Assembly (NCBI GenBank): GCA_951812775.1
Contig: OX638326.1
Span: forward strand, 2,241,391 to 2,305,390
Reading direction: 5' to 3'
Origin: an uncultured Alphaproteobacteria bacterium
Lineage (GTDB): Bacteria; Pseudomonadota; Alphaproteobacteria; MPNO01; UBA2964
Length of the DNA: 64,000 bases
Positions 10,155-20,456 of this stretch are shown piece after piece (position 1 is the first letter of the stretch; each line of letters begins with the position of its first letter). The notes below the pieces were generated by a model. The model did not search any database. It was not told where the DNA came from and worked only from the letters and a program-made list of their open reading frames with translations. The position numbers and the translations under genes were made by a program.

Positions 10155-11465
10155 ATGGGTTGGGAAGCCACATTAATCACCGCATTGCTGCTTCTCCTGG
10201 CCGCTTTTATGTCGGGTGCGCCGCTCTTTGTTGCTTTCCTGGCGATCAACCTCACCGGCGTTGCCATTTTTCTTGGCCCTGCCGGGTTTGGCATGGTCGC
10301 CAACTCAATTTTCGACACCACGAACAATGCCGACATGGCGACAATTCCGCTCTTTATTCTGATGGCCGAGGTGCTGTTTCGCTCCGGCACTGTCGACATC
10401 CTGTTCGATGCTGTCGATAAGTTGATCGGCCGTATGAAAGGTCGTCAGTATGTTCTGACAATCTCTCTTTCCACGGTGTTTGGGGCTTTGTCAGGCGCCG
10501 GAATGGCGGTGGCTGCCATGCTGGCCCGGACCATTTTTCCAACCATGCGCAATCGCGGATACGACTCCAAACTTGCCATCGGGAATATTCTCGCCGGTGC
10601 CAGCCTAGCGCCGATTATTCCGCCGAGCGTCCTGGCCATTGTCATTGGGACACTTTCCAACACATCGATTGCCGGCCTGCTGATCGGCGGCATCATTCCC
10701 GGTCTGATGCTTTCCGCAATGTTCCTGACCTATACGATGGTGCGCGTAAAACTGAATCCTTCGCTCGCACCTGACGATAGTGACGATGAAACCCCAAAAA
10801 TTTCGGCCGGAGAGAAGCTGCGGGCGCTCGCGGGCTGTCTGCCTTTCGCCCTGATCATCTTTTCGGTCATGGGATTTATCATGTTCGGCATCGCGACACC
10901 TTCCGAGGCAGCGGCAACAGGTGTACTCGCGGCGATTATCACAGCCGCGTATTATCGAAAGTTGAGCTGGAAGATGATCACCGAGTCGCTCGGCACGGCA
11001 GCTTTCATCACCAGTATGATCCTGCTCATTATGGCGAGTTCGCGGATGTTTAGTCAGTTGCTGGCTTTCACTGGCGCGACAACCGAACTTACAAACCTGA
11101 TCGTCAACCTTGGTTGGCATCCGATGCTGATGTTATTCATCATGATGGCGATCCCGTTCATCCTTTGCATGTTTATCGATCAGATTGCCTTGATGCTTGT
11201 GGTCATTCCGATCTATCAGCCATTGCTGACGACCCTCGGATTCGATCCGATTTGGTTCTGGCTCATCATGCTGTTGAATGTAACGGTCGGCGGTATTTCG
11301 CCGCCCTTTGGCTATGTAATATTCGCCTTCCAGGGTGCAGCAGATAAAGTTCAAATTGCCGAAGTCTTTAAGGCATCCTGGCCATTTGTCGTGTTGTTTC
11401 TTCTGGGCATGGTGGTGCTGGCCGCCTTCCCGTCGCTGGTCACCTTCCTGCCAGGGCTGATATAA
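10155..11465 (+). CDS. dctM: TRAP transporter large permease, DctM family
   Basis: 436-aa polytopic permease. Start lies 4 nt after the dctQ stop. Confidence 0.8.
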   Translation: MGWEATLITALLLLLAAFMSGAPLFVAFLAINLTGVAIFLGPAGFGMVANSIFDTTNNADMATIPLFILMAEVLFRSGTVDILFDAVDKLIGRMKGRQYVLTISLSTVFGALSGAGMAVAAMLARTIFPTMRNRGYDSKLAIGNILAGASLAPIIPPSVLAIVIGTLSNTSIAGLLIGGIIPGLMLSAMFLTYTMVRVKLNPSLAPDDSDDETPKISAGEKLRALAGCLPFALIIFSVMGFIMFGIATPSEAAATGVLAAIITAAYYRKLSWKMITESLGTAAFITSMILLIMASSRMFSQLLAFTGATTELTNLIVNLGWHPMLMLFIMMAIPFILCMFIDQIALMLVVIPIYQPLLTTLGFDPIWFWLIMLLNVTVGGISPPFGYVIFAFQGAADKVQIAEVFKASWPFVVLFLLGMVVLAAFPSLVTFLPGLI

Positions 11466-11481
11466 CCCAATAGCTGGGATG

Positions 11482-12075
11482 CTATTTAACAGCCTCAAGA
11501 TTGAGGCTCATCAGGCGACCACTCTCTTTGTCCATATGCGGTAAGTGCGCTTGTGAGTAATCGTCCACATCCGCATGTTCCGTATTCTGCCAGTCCCAAC
11601 GGTGCACATCCGAAAACCCTGCCTGCAGCAACAAACCCGACAAGAGTGGCGCATCGAAAATCATGTGATGGAAATCGGTTTCGTCTCACTGGCCACCGCA
11701 AACAAGGCCGACCAGGCCGGATAAGCCATCCTTAAGGCCTTGCTCATAATAGATCGCGGCACAGGCTGCAAAATCGGGAACCGCCAGACGCAGGACGCCG
11801 CCGGGCTGAAGCACACGGCACCATTCCTGCAGCACATCAACAATTTGAAACCGGCCAAAATGTTCCAACACGTGGCAGGCATAGATCAACTCGACTGTAT
11901 CGTCTGCGACAAAAGTTAACTTATCGACGGAACAAAGTTGATCGACATGCGGATAGGGCTGAATATCGACATGATAAAAGCCCGGGATGAACTTTCCACC
12001 GCATCCGAGATGTAGCCGTTTCATATTGGGCGTTACGTCGACAATGTTATTTGACCGCGGCAACGAGTCAGCCAT
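11482..12075 (-). pseudogene. class I SAM-dependent methyltransferase (type 11-like) with an in-frame TGA at 11686..11688
   Basis: The two ORFs 11686..12075 and 11482..11664 share one frame and are separated only by TGA (...LVCGGQ*DETDFHHMIFDAPLL...). Together they give a ~197-aa methyltransferase-sized product. Confidence 0.55.
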
Positions 12076-13796
12076 GCGGATTTACCTCTTTACACCAATG
12101 ACACCACATATGCCTGATAGCATCTTCCATCGCCGTAACAAATCTCTTTTGATCCGCTAAGGGAGACGCAGCTGCCCGCTGGCGCAATGATTTGCGGTAA
12201 GTCGCAATTTGCTCCGGCGCCTTAGCCAAAGCCTTCGCTAACTCTAAATATTGCTGTTCATCCGCAGCCACTAATCCATCATGACCAATTGTATTTAAAA
12301 TGCCGGTCGCCATACGCGACACATATCGATCACCAGCAATCGTGATGGTTGGCACCCCCATCCACAAGGCCTCACAAACGGTCGTCGCACCCGAATAGGG
12401 GAAACTGTCGAGCATGATGTCGATCTTTCCGAACAGAGAGAGATGGCCTTGCTTGTCAGAAAGGTGATCAAACAGATCCAGACGCTCTTCCCCAATATTT
12501 TTGTCGGCAAAGATTGAAAGAACACGCTGACGAAGTTGAGGATCTCTCAGCCCCCGCCCTTTGATCACCATTCGGGAATTTGGCACGACCGTCAGGATAT
12601 TTGCCCAACACCTCAAAAGACGGTCATTTATTTTACTGAGATTATTTAGCGATCCGAACGTGACGAAGCCGTTTTCCTCAATAGGGGCTGAATCTGGTAA
12701 CGGCATTTGATCTTCCGGCGCATAGCAAAATAACGACTCCGGCAAATGGAGAAGCTTCTCGTTGTAATGTGCGTCATGTTCCGGAGGATCTATCTGTTTG
12801 TCCGTGATCCGCCAATCTAAGGCATCCATACCCGTTGACCCACCATATCCCAGCCAGCTCTCCTGAACCGGTGCAGGGCGTTCTGCAAAGGCCAGCAACC
12901 GGTTTCCCGCCGTATGGCCGGCAACATCTATAAGAACATCTGTGCGGTCTCGCCGAATTTGCGCCGCCAGTTGATCGTCAGCCATGCCAAACGTACGACA
13001 CCAATGGTCAGAGTTCTGTTCGAACCAATTTGTCTGGCCATCGATACGCGCAACTTCCGCATAGGAGAAAATTTCAACCTTTTGCCGATCATGTTCCGCG
13101 TAAAGTGGTGTCAGAAATCGACCGACCGCATGATCGTGGAAATCGGGCGATACATACCCAACCCGCAAGCGACGATCTTTTGACGGTTCGTTTGGGTGAG
13201 AAAAACCCTTCTGCAGTCGAGGCAGCGCATGTCGCTTATTCCAGCTCCGGGCCTCCGCCAAGATGCTTAGCGGCGACACCTCCGGCTCCAACGCAATCAC
13301 CCGACGAAAGGCATTTATGGCATCGATAGGACGCCCATGAGCGCGGAAAAGATTTCCAAGATTATTCCAGGCGGCCGGCATATTGGGATTGAGGTCGAGC
13401 GCCGTTCGAAAAGCTATTTCAGCCTCGAAGAATTGCCCTTGCGCTTCCAGAACGCCGCCGAGTGTCACTTGGGAAATCGCGTGACAATTGTCGATCGATA
13501 TGGCTTCGCGGCAAATGCGCTCCGCTTCTTCGATCTTGCCCTGCATCGCCAGCACATTTGCGAGATTATTTCGAGCCGAGACCTCTTTGGGAGCAATGGA
13601 TACCGCTTCGCGGAAGATTGCTGCCGCCTCATCAAACTGCGCCTGTAGATACAGGCCCGTGCCGAGATTGTTGTAAGCATCAAAATATTGCGGCTCGATA
13701 TCAATCGCCCGGCGAAATGCCGCCTCTGCCTCTACGGACTGACCATTTCTATTCAGGGCAATACCAAGATTATTGTGCGCTACAGCATAGTCAGGC

Positions 13797-15088
13797 GGGC
13801 GCCTCTAAAAACCTCGTCATTTTGGCCATGATCTGCTTCACTTCTCTCATCGGCTTGATGGAGGATGGAATGTCGGATCAGCCCGGTTTTTTCGATCTTG
13901 ATGAGCGTTACGCGGCGCTGTCGGCGGCGGGTGATCCGTTGCTTCGGCTTGGTGAGTTGGTCGATTTCGAGTTGTTTCGCCGGCCCTTGATCCGGGCGCT
14001 ACGTCGCTCGGACCGGCGCCAGGGTGGCCGGCCTCCCTATGACCCCGTTCTGATGTTCAAGATCCTGGTGTTGCAGGCACTATACAATCTCTCGGATGAT
14101 CAAACCGAGTTCCAGATCCGCGACCGGCTGTCTTTCATGCGGTTCCTGGGCCTGGGGCTTCACGCCCGGGTGCCGGACGCCAAGACGATCTGGCTGTTCC
14201 GTGAGTTGCTGGTGCAGGCCAAGGCGATCGAGGCGTTGTTCGATCGCTTCGACGAACACCTGCGCGGCCATGGCTACCTGGCGCTGTCGGGCCAGATCGT
14301 CGATGCCACGATCGTCGCGGCGCCCAGGCAGCGCAACAGCGTTCCGGAGAAGGTGGCGTTGAAGGCCGGCAAGGTGCCAGAGGAGTGGAAGGACAAGCCG
14401 GCCAAGCTGGCCCAGAAAGACCGGGATGCGCGCTGGACCATGAAGCGTGGCCGAGTGAAGCGTCTGGAGGATGGGCACCCCAAGGGGCCGGAGATCATGG
14501 TGCCGGCGTTTGGCTACAAGAACCACATCTCCACGGACCGGCGGCACGGGTTGATCCGCAAGTGGCGCGTCACCGATGCCGCCGCCAATGACGGCCGCCA
14601 GCTCGCCGGTCTGATCGATCCGGAGAACACGGCGAGCCCGGTCTGGGCGGATACCGCCTATCGGTCCAAGCGTAACGAGAAGATGCTGGCGCGCCAAGGC
14701 AAGCGCTCCCAGATCCACTTCCGCAAGCCGCGCGGCAAGCCGATGCCGGCGACCCTGGCCAAGGCCAACGCGGCGCGCTCGGCGGTACGCTCCGCCGTCG
14801 AGCATGTCTTCGCCCATCAGAAAGGCTTGATGGCGCTCTCGGTTCGGACCATCGGCATCGCCCGGGCCGAGGCCAAGATCGGCATGACCAATCTGGCGTA
14901 TAACATGCGCCGTTTCCTCTGGCTCCAGGGGCGAAGTGCGCCCACATGACGCCGGAACGGCCGGTTCGACCGGCTAAACCGATCAAATCGACGCAAAACG
15001 GCTCGAAAAACCGACACTCAGACGCGCCCACCCGGTCAAATCACGCCGCAAGCGGCCAAACCGAACGTTCTTCGAGGTGTCCAGGCAC
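13797..15088 (+). mobile_element. IS5-family insertion sequence (boundaries approximate)
   Basis: Contains a DDE transposase with the YNLSD motif. The host TPR gene is split exactly here. The ends begin GGGCGC.../...GCGCCC (imperfect inverted repeats). Exact termini and target-site duplication could not be fixed by eye. Confidence 0.65.
13858..14949 (+). CDS. IS5-family DDE transposase
   Basis: ...YDPVLMFKILVLQALYNLSDDQTEFQIRDRLSFMRFLGL... resembles IS5 InsH-type transposases. 363 aa counted from the ATG at 13858. Confidence 0.8.
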   Translation: MEDGMSDQPGFFDLDERYAALSAAGDPLLRLGELVDFELFRRPLIRALRRSDRRQGGRPPYDPVLMFKILVLQALYNLSDDQTEFQIRDRLSFMRFLGLGLHARVPDAKTIWLFRELLVQAKAIEALFDRFDEHLRGHGYLALSGQIVDATIVAAPRQRNSVPEKVALKAGKVPEEWKDKPAKLAQKDRDARWTMKRGRVKRLEDGHPKGPEIMVPAFGYKNHISTDRRHGLIRKWRVTDAAANDGRQLAGLIDPENTASPVWADTAYRSKRNEKMLARQGKRSQIHFRKPRGKPMPATLAKANAARSAVRSAVEHVFAHQKGLMALSVRTIGIARAEAKIGMTNLAYNMRRFLWLQGRSAPT

Positions 15089-15585
15089 GTACTTTACAGC
15101 CTTTTGGTAGGCTTTAATCACGCCGTCGAAATCTTCGATCTGGCGCAAAATATTTCCATAATTGTTGTGATATATCGCGTTGGCCGGATCCAGTGACAGA
15201 GATCGCGCGACGAGCGCCAGAGCCTTTTCTGTTTGCCCCATGTCGCCAGCGATAATGCCGAGAAAGTTGAGCGCATCTGGAAGGTCTGGATATCGATCCA
15301 GCACCGATTGATAAAGACCCGCGGCCCGCGTCAGATCACCAGCTTGATGGAAACCAACGGCGGTCTCCATATCCCGCATGACATCGGATGTAAGATTGGC
15401 GGCAGCAGTTAGGGCTACGCCCTGTTTACGAGCTTTTTTAGTAGTTTTCGCAGATTGGCGGCGCTGAGCGCGATTCATGTACGGGTCCCCAAAGCCGTTA
15501 AACAGCGGCGATGGGGTTACCCTAAGAGCAATCCGTTAAGGCGCGCTTAACCATAGAGGTCCAAAGAGAACCTCGGAAATCAGGC

Positions 15586-17073
15586 TTAGGCGCTTGCAGC
15601 GGCTCCGGCAGAGGTTCCGGCGAGTTTGCCAAAGACTGACCCTGCCGTGAGGCCTGATCCACCGGGATAGTTGAAGTAGAACAACCCACCAACGCACTCG
15701 CCTGCAGCATAAAGGCCTTCCATCGGCATTAAATCAGTGTCGACGACCTGCCCCTCGGTATTGATGCGCAGCCCGCCAAACGTGAACGTCACACCGCATG
15801 TGACCTGATAGGCCTCAAAGGGTGCGGTATCAATTGTCTGTGCCCAGTTTGATTTATTGATCTCAAGACCTTCCGTGCAACGTCCATCTTTGACGTTCGG
15901 ATTATATTCAATGTCCTGATTGACCGCTGCATTGTACTCTTTGATTTCCTGGAGGAAGGCTTCCTTATCGACACCTTCCAGTTTGTCAGCCAGGTCCTCG
16001 ATCATATCAGCCGTAACTTTAGTAACCTGGCGGATCGAATATTCGTCACGCTTGAGATGCGCCACTTTGGCATCAAGAACCTGCCAGGCGAACTGCGCCG
16101 GCTGCTCAAGAATAACACGACCATATTTTGCATAAGTGTAGTTCCGGAAATCCGCCCCTTCATCGACAAAACGTTTGCCGGTCGCGTTGACCATGATGAA
16201 GAACGGATAGGAGTGCTTCTGGAACTGATCACCAACAGCGAGGTCGCCAAATTCCGGTGCGTTGCGATCCCAGCCCACAGCGTGACAGCCTGACCAGTTA
16301 CCATATGTCGCCGCACCGATATCTGTCGCCATACGAATGCCGTCACCGGTGTTAAAGCGTGTGCCCCGAATTTTTGCCAGATCCCAGCCCGGACCAAGAT
16401 AGCGAGTCCGCCATTCAGGGTTTGCCTGGAAGCCGCCGGACGCCATAACAACCGATTTACAGCTCAGCTCTTTGACTTCATTGCCCTGCTTGATCCGAAC
16501 ACCGCAGACCTTTGCACCATCGAACACCAGGCTCATCGCCCGGGTCTCGAACATGGTCTCAATGCCATCTCTCTTGGTAATCTCTTGTTGGGCTTCATAC
16601 AGACCTGGGCCACCGCCGTTGGTTTCAACCGTCAGACCACCCCAAAACTTGAACTTGCCATCGATCTTAAAGGCCTGCCGTCCATAGATAGGCACGAACC
16701 GGATACCCTTTTCACGCATCCAAGTCAGTGTTTCGAGGCTGCGGGTAACAAGAGTTTCTGCCATATCCGGGTCCGTACGGAACTGGGTGACACGGAAAAT
16801 GTCATCGAAGAACTGATCCTGCGTATAGGTACCGAAATCTGTATCTTCGATTTCCTGGTCGGAAAGCTCTACAAGCTTCTGGATATCTTCGACACCATCG
16901 TAAACCACGCGCATCGCACCAGCGGTAAAGCGTGTATTGCCGCCAGCTTCATCTTCCGGCGCGCGTTCCAGCATGACGATTTTTTTGGCGCCAGCATCCT
17001 GGGCCGCCATTGCTGCACATGCTGCCGCGTTGCCCGCGCCAACGACAATTACATCATAATCCGTATCAGCCAT
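15586..17073 (-). CDS. FAD-dependent oxidoreductase, TcuA (tricarballylate dehydrogenase)-like / fumarate reductase flavoprotein family
   Basis: N-terminal DVIVVGAGNAAACAAMAA FAD-binding fold. Landmarks IRGTRFN, GVTFTFGGL and AAGE..GG match the TcuA family. 495 aa. Confidence 0.6.
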   Translation of the reverse strand: MADTDYDVIVVGAGNAAACAAMAAQDAGAKKIVMLERAPEDEAGGNTRFTAGAMRVVYDGVEDIQKLVELSDQEIEDTDFGTYTQDQFFDDIFRVTQFRTDPDMAETLVTRSLETLTWMREKGIRFVPIYGRQAFKIDGKFKFWGGLTVETNGGGPGLYEAQQEITKRDGIETMFETRAMSLVFDGAKVCGVRIKQGNEVKELSCKSVVMASGGFQANPEWRTRYLGPGWDLAKIRGTRFNTGDGIRMATDIGAATYGNWSGCHAVGWDRNAPEFGDLAVGDQFQKHSYPFFIMVNATGKRFVDEGADFRNYTYAKYGRVILEQPAQFAWQVLDAKVAHLKRDEYSIRQVTKVTADMIEDLADKLEGVDKEAFLQEIKEYNAAVNQDIEYNPNVKDGRCTEGLEINKSNWAQTIDTAPFEAYQVTCGVTFTFGGLRINTEGQVVDTDLMPMEGLYAAGECVGGLFYFNYPGGSGLTAGSVFGKLAGTSAGAAASA

Positions 17074-17154
17074 TTATTCGTGTTCCTCTGATCTCACCGG
17101 TCAAAATTATGACGTGGATATACCGGCTAACGCCCGCCGCGACAAGGGCGCGCC

Positions 17155-18255
17155 CTAAGAGTTGCAGGCGTTGGCAGTACGGGCTTTCTTTTCGGCGGTG
17201 GCGCCCGAATAGGCGTTCAACTCTGTTCTGGCGCGTGCTTCGGCGAGACGCGTGACCGGTTGGTTTTGCAGATTAGCCAACAGCCAATCGACGTCACTTG
17301 TCACATCCCCCCTGCCATCGATCCGCTGCGTCGATGTTGCCACGAGTTTTTCCGGTTTGAGCTGACCTAAAATAAATCGAAATGCATAGTTTGGCGTTAG
17401 CCCCATACGAAGGTCTGCAACGCTCACCTCATCGCCATTAACGATAATTCTGTAATAACCACGGCTAAACTTGGCGACCTTGGAAATTCGGCTGGCGAAA
17501 GGAGGACAGCTTTCAAATTTCAGATGTCGTGGATAAGCATAAAAAGTTGCCGTTTCTGGCCCGCCAAATATCGGCATATAGAGATTAAAGTAACGATCAC
17601 CATCGATACCGACGATGCGCCAAAAGAAAGAATTAAAAGGTGTCGGAATGGCCAATATCCTGTCCGGAGATATTTTCTTGTCGGCCAACAAGCTATTGGC
17701 GCGCTGCGTCATGACGAATTGTGCAATAGCAGTCCATCCAAGATAGACCGTCGTAAAACTAAGGCACACGACCTGCGTTTTCCGGAAACGATCCGACATA
17801 TTTCGTAGAAAAAAAGCCCAAACCATCACAACGAGAAGCGGCAATGTATACAGAGGGTCGATGATAAAGATTGATCCGAGGGCGACGGGGTCCGTCGAGA
17901 ATGGCCAGAATAGTCGCGTTCCATAGACCGTGATTGCATCCAGCAATGCGTGCGTGGTTAAACACAAAAACACCGCCGCCCAGATTTGGAAGGGCTGATC
18001 CCGCAGTCCCTTGAACATGCGGCGGATCACCTCGCCAAATACCGGAGTCAAAGCCGCGTGGACAAAAAGCGAATGGGTCCAGCCACGATGCTGGACAAAG
18101 GCCTCGATCGGATCATCGGGCGCAATAAAGACATCGAGATCAGGTAAAGTGCCCAACACACCACCAGTGAGCGCCGCCCGTCTGGGGCCAATTTTTCGAC
18201 CGAGAACCGCAACCCCGACACAGGCTCCCAGTGTAAATTGCGTAACACTATCCAT
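17155..18255 (-). CDS. membrane-bound metal-dependent hydrolase (DUF457/YdjM-like) with a C-terminal extension
   Basis: N-terminal His-rich TM region typical of DUF457 (..HRGWTHSLF..). 366 aa. Confidence 0.5.
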   Translation of the reverse strand: MDSVTQFTLGACVGVAVLGRKIGPRRAALTGGVLGTLPDLDVFIAPDDPIEAFVQHRGWTHSLFVHAALTPVFGEVIRRMFKGLRDQPFQIWAAVFLCLTTHALLDAITVYGTRLFWPFSTDPVALGSIFIIDPLYTLPLLVVMVWAFFLRNMSDRFRKTQVVCLSFTTVYLGWTAIAQFVMTQRANSLLADKKISPDRILAIPTPFNSFFWRIVGIDGDRYFNLYMPIFGGPETATFYAYPRHLKFESCPPFASRISKVAKFSRGYYRIIVNGDEVSVADLRMGLTPNYAFRFILGQLKPEKLVATSTQRIDGRGDVTSDVDWLLANLQNQPVTRLAEARARTELNAYSGATAEKKARTANACNS

Positions 18256-18311
18256 GACTGACTACTTCAATAACAACACTGACCGCTTATACGCTTGCTA
18301 ACCAACAACAG

Positions 18312-19220
18312 CTAGTCGTCGCTCGCGGCGGCGTTCCGCAAAACATCTGCGGCGATATTACTCAATGCAAGCGCTGACGGGCTGAGTGTCCGCCCGATAG
18401 GCCTGATAATCCCTATTGTCCGACTCACCACAGGATCGACGAGAGGCCGAAAAACCAGCTTAAGGTCCGGACGCTGCACTGTTGCCAGTTTGGGAACCGC
18501 TGAAACGCCCAACCCGTTTCCAACCATGCTCATTAACGTCGAAATATGGGCGACTTCATGGGTTCCCGCTGGCAACAGACCACTTTCCCCAAGGGCGCTT
18601 TCAAGCTTTCGCTGATTGCCAGCTTCCGCCCCCATTCGAATATATGTGTGTTTGCGAAGATCGGTCCAGGTAACACGCCGCTTCCGGGCCAGCGGATGGT
18701 CCTCCCGACAGGCGAGAAGGTAAGGGTCATCTATCAAAGGCTGATATTCTAAGTTGGGACGGTCTTCAGCCGCTAGGGCGATTGCAAATTCGGCATCCCC
18801 GGTCGTCACAAAATCCGCAACCTTTGGACCAACATCATCCATTACCCGCACGGAGACCGACGGAAATTGTTCGTTAAACTGCGCAATAACCCGCGGCAGC
18901 ACATTCTGGGCAATTGTCAGGACCGACGCCATAGTTACAACACCCGCCCGTTTTTCGATGATATCCTGAATATCGTCCATCGAGCGTTCAAATTCCCGGA
19001 CCATTCGCATGGCGGTCGGCAGAAACTCTTCGCCAATTGTTGTGAGCGCGACCGTCCGTGAGGTGCGGTCGAGCAACCTCACATGGAGGACGTCTTCCAT
19101 TTTCTTAAGACGTCGCGAGAGGCCAGATTGGGTAATCGCCAACTCTTCCGCTGCGCGATGAAAATTTTTTATCTCGGCGACCAGTACAAAGGCGCGCAAA
19201 TCTTCAATGCCTATTCTCAT
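18312..19220 (-). CDS. LysR-family transcriptional regulator
   Basis: N-terminal HTH (IKNFHRAAEELAITQSGLSRRLKKME) plus LysR substrate-binding domain. Divergent from the PrpF-like gene. Confidence 0.8.
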   Translation of the reverse strand: MRIGIEDLRAFVLVAEIKNFHRAAEELAITQSGLSRRLKKMEDVLHVRLLDRTSRTVALTTIGEEFLPTAMRMVREFERSMDDIQDIIEKRAGVVTMASVLTIAQNVLPRVIAQFNEQFPSVSVRVMDDVGPKVADFVTTGDAEFAIALAAEDRPNLEYQPLIDDPYLLACREDHPLARKRRVTWTDLRKHTYIRMGAEAGNQRKLESALGESGLLPAGTHEVAHISTLMSMVGNGLGVSAVPKLATVQRPDLKLVFRPLVDPVVSRTIGIIRPIGRTLSPSALALSNIAADVLRNAAASDD

Positions 19221-19230
19221 GGCCTTTATA

Positions 19231-19251
19231 TTGATAATTTAATTGCATCAA
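19231..19251. promoter_or_regulatory. LysR-type T-N11-A box (TTGAT-N11-ATCAA) in the divergent promoter region
   Basis: Palindrome ttgataatttaattgcatcaa lies between the LysR gene and the prpF-like gene. Confidence 0.45.
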
Positions 19252-19329
19252 ACAAGTATTTTAATGCGCTTTACTTTTCACCTACCTTCGACGAGAGTCC
19301 GTCTATCAAACTGGTGGAGAGTAAATTCG

Positions 19330-20396
19330 TGAAAGCGATCCCAAGCGTTATGATGCGTGGCGGCACCTCGCGCGGTCTTTATTTTCGGCGTGAAGATTTG
19401 CCCGCAGATCAAGACGGAATCGCGGAAATACTGCTCTCCGCGATGGGATCGTATGACCCGACGCAGATCGACGGTGTCGGAGGCGCCACCAGCCTTACCA
19501 GTAAGGTCGCGATTGTCGGCCCCTCCCCGGAAACGGACATTGATATCGATTATCTGTTCGCCCAGGTCGGCACTCGCGACCCTATTGTTGATTTCGCCCC
19601 TACCTGCGGCAACATGCTTGCTGGCGTTGGTCCATTCGCCATCGAGTCAGGCATGATCGCGGCAATGGACGAGGAGACGACAATCCGAATTCGGTCGGTC
19701 AATACAGGCGCCATTATCGAAGCTCGCATTCAGACGCCAAACAATCAAGTAACTTATGAAGGTGACACCGCGATTGACGGTGTTCCGGGAACTGCCGCTC
19801 CGGTCATTCTCAATTTTTGTGACGCGATTGGCTCCAAAACAGGCGCCCTTTTTCCCACTGGCAAACATAGCGAAATCATTGATGGTGTCGAGGTGAGTCT
19901 GGTTGACGCAACGATGCCCGCGATGATTCTGCGTGCCCAGGATATTGGGAAAACAGGTTACGAGACAGCCCGTGAACTGGACGAAGATCGGATGACCTTC
20001 GCGCGGCTTGAAAGCATGCGTCGGGAAGCGGGGATACGGATGGGTCTGAATGACGTTTCTGAAAGCGTTGTCCCAAAAATTATGCTAGTCGCGCCGCCAC
20101 GGAATGGCGGCACTGTAACATCACGCTATCTGGTACCGGACCGGACCCATGCAGCACATGCCGTAACGGGTGCCGTCACGCTGACGCATTGCGTTGCGAC
20201 ATCCGGCACAGTCACAGAGTCTGTCATCGAAGCACCATTGGCTTTACCGGCGGAGATACAAATCGAACATCCGTCTGGTGTGCTTGGCATTCTCTTGAAC
20301 AAAAGCACAGCAGGCGTCATCCGGACAGCGCGCCGACTGTTTGCCGGTGAGGTCTATGTTCAAGATCGATTGACTCCAAGGCGCAAAGCAGCGTAA
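19330..20396 (+). CDS. PrpF/AcnD-accessory family isomerase (2-methylaconitate isomerase / 4-oxalomesaconate tautomerase family)
   Basis: VKAIPSVMMRGGTSRGLYF N-terminus is typical of the PrpF family. GGAGAG ribosome-binding site precedes the GTG at 19330. Confidence 0.65.
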
Positions 20397-20456
20397 CGAA
20401 ACAGGCAGTATTTTTAAGTAAATTACAAAACAGAAGGGATGAAGAGGAATTCTCAT

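Larger units (their letters stand above)
12068..15478 (-). pseudogene. TPR-repeat / O-GlcNAc transferase (GT41, SPINDLY-like) gene interrupted by an IS5-family insertion
   Basis: The N-terminal TPR part (15041..15478) ends ...AYQKAVKY and then reads into IS sequence. TPR repeats resume in frame at about 13796 (PDYAVAHNNLG...) and continue into the GT41-like C-terminal domain (12068..13555). Confidence 0.75.

Noticed and set aside
10160-11120. Multiple overlapping ORFs in alternative frames and on the opposite strand inside dctM (for example 10605..11120 on the minus strand, 10160..10420 on the plus strand)
   Set aside because: They are Arg/Cys-rich translations typical of off-frame reading of GC-rich coding DNA and lie entirely inside a well-supported permease gene.
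11492-11509. Hairpin gcctcaagattgaggc after dctM as a rho-independent terminator
   Set aside because: It has a short stem, no following T-tract, and lies inside the 3' end of the convergent methyltransferase coding region. Evidence is insufficient.
17135-17160. GGGCGCGCCC palindrome after the tcuA-like gene as a terminator
   Set aside because: It is a perfect 10-bp palindrome with no loop and no T-run. It is more likely a restriction-site-like sequence than a terminator hairpin.
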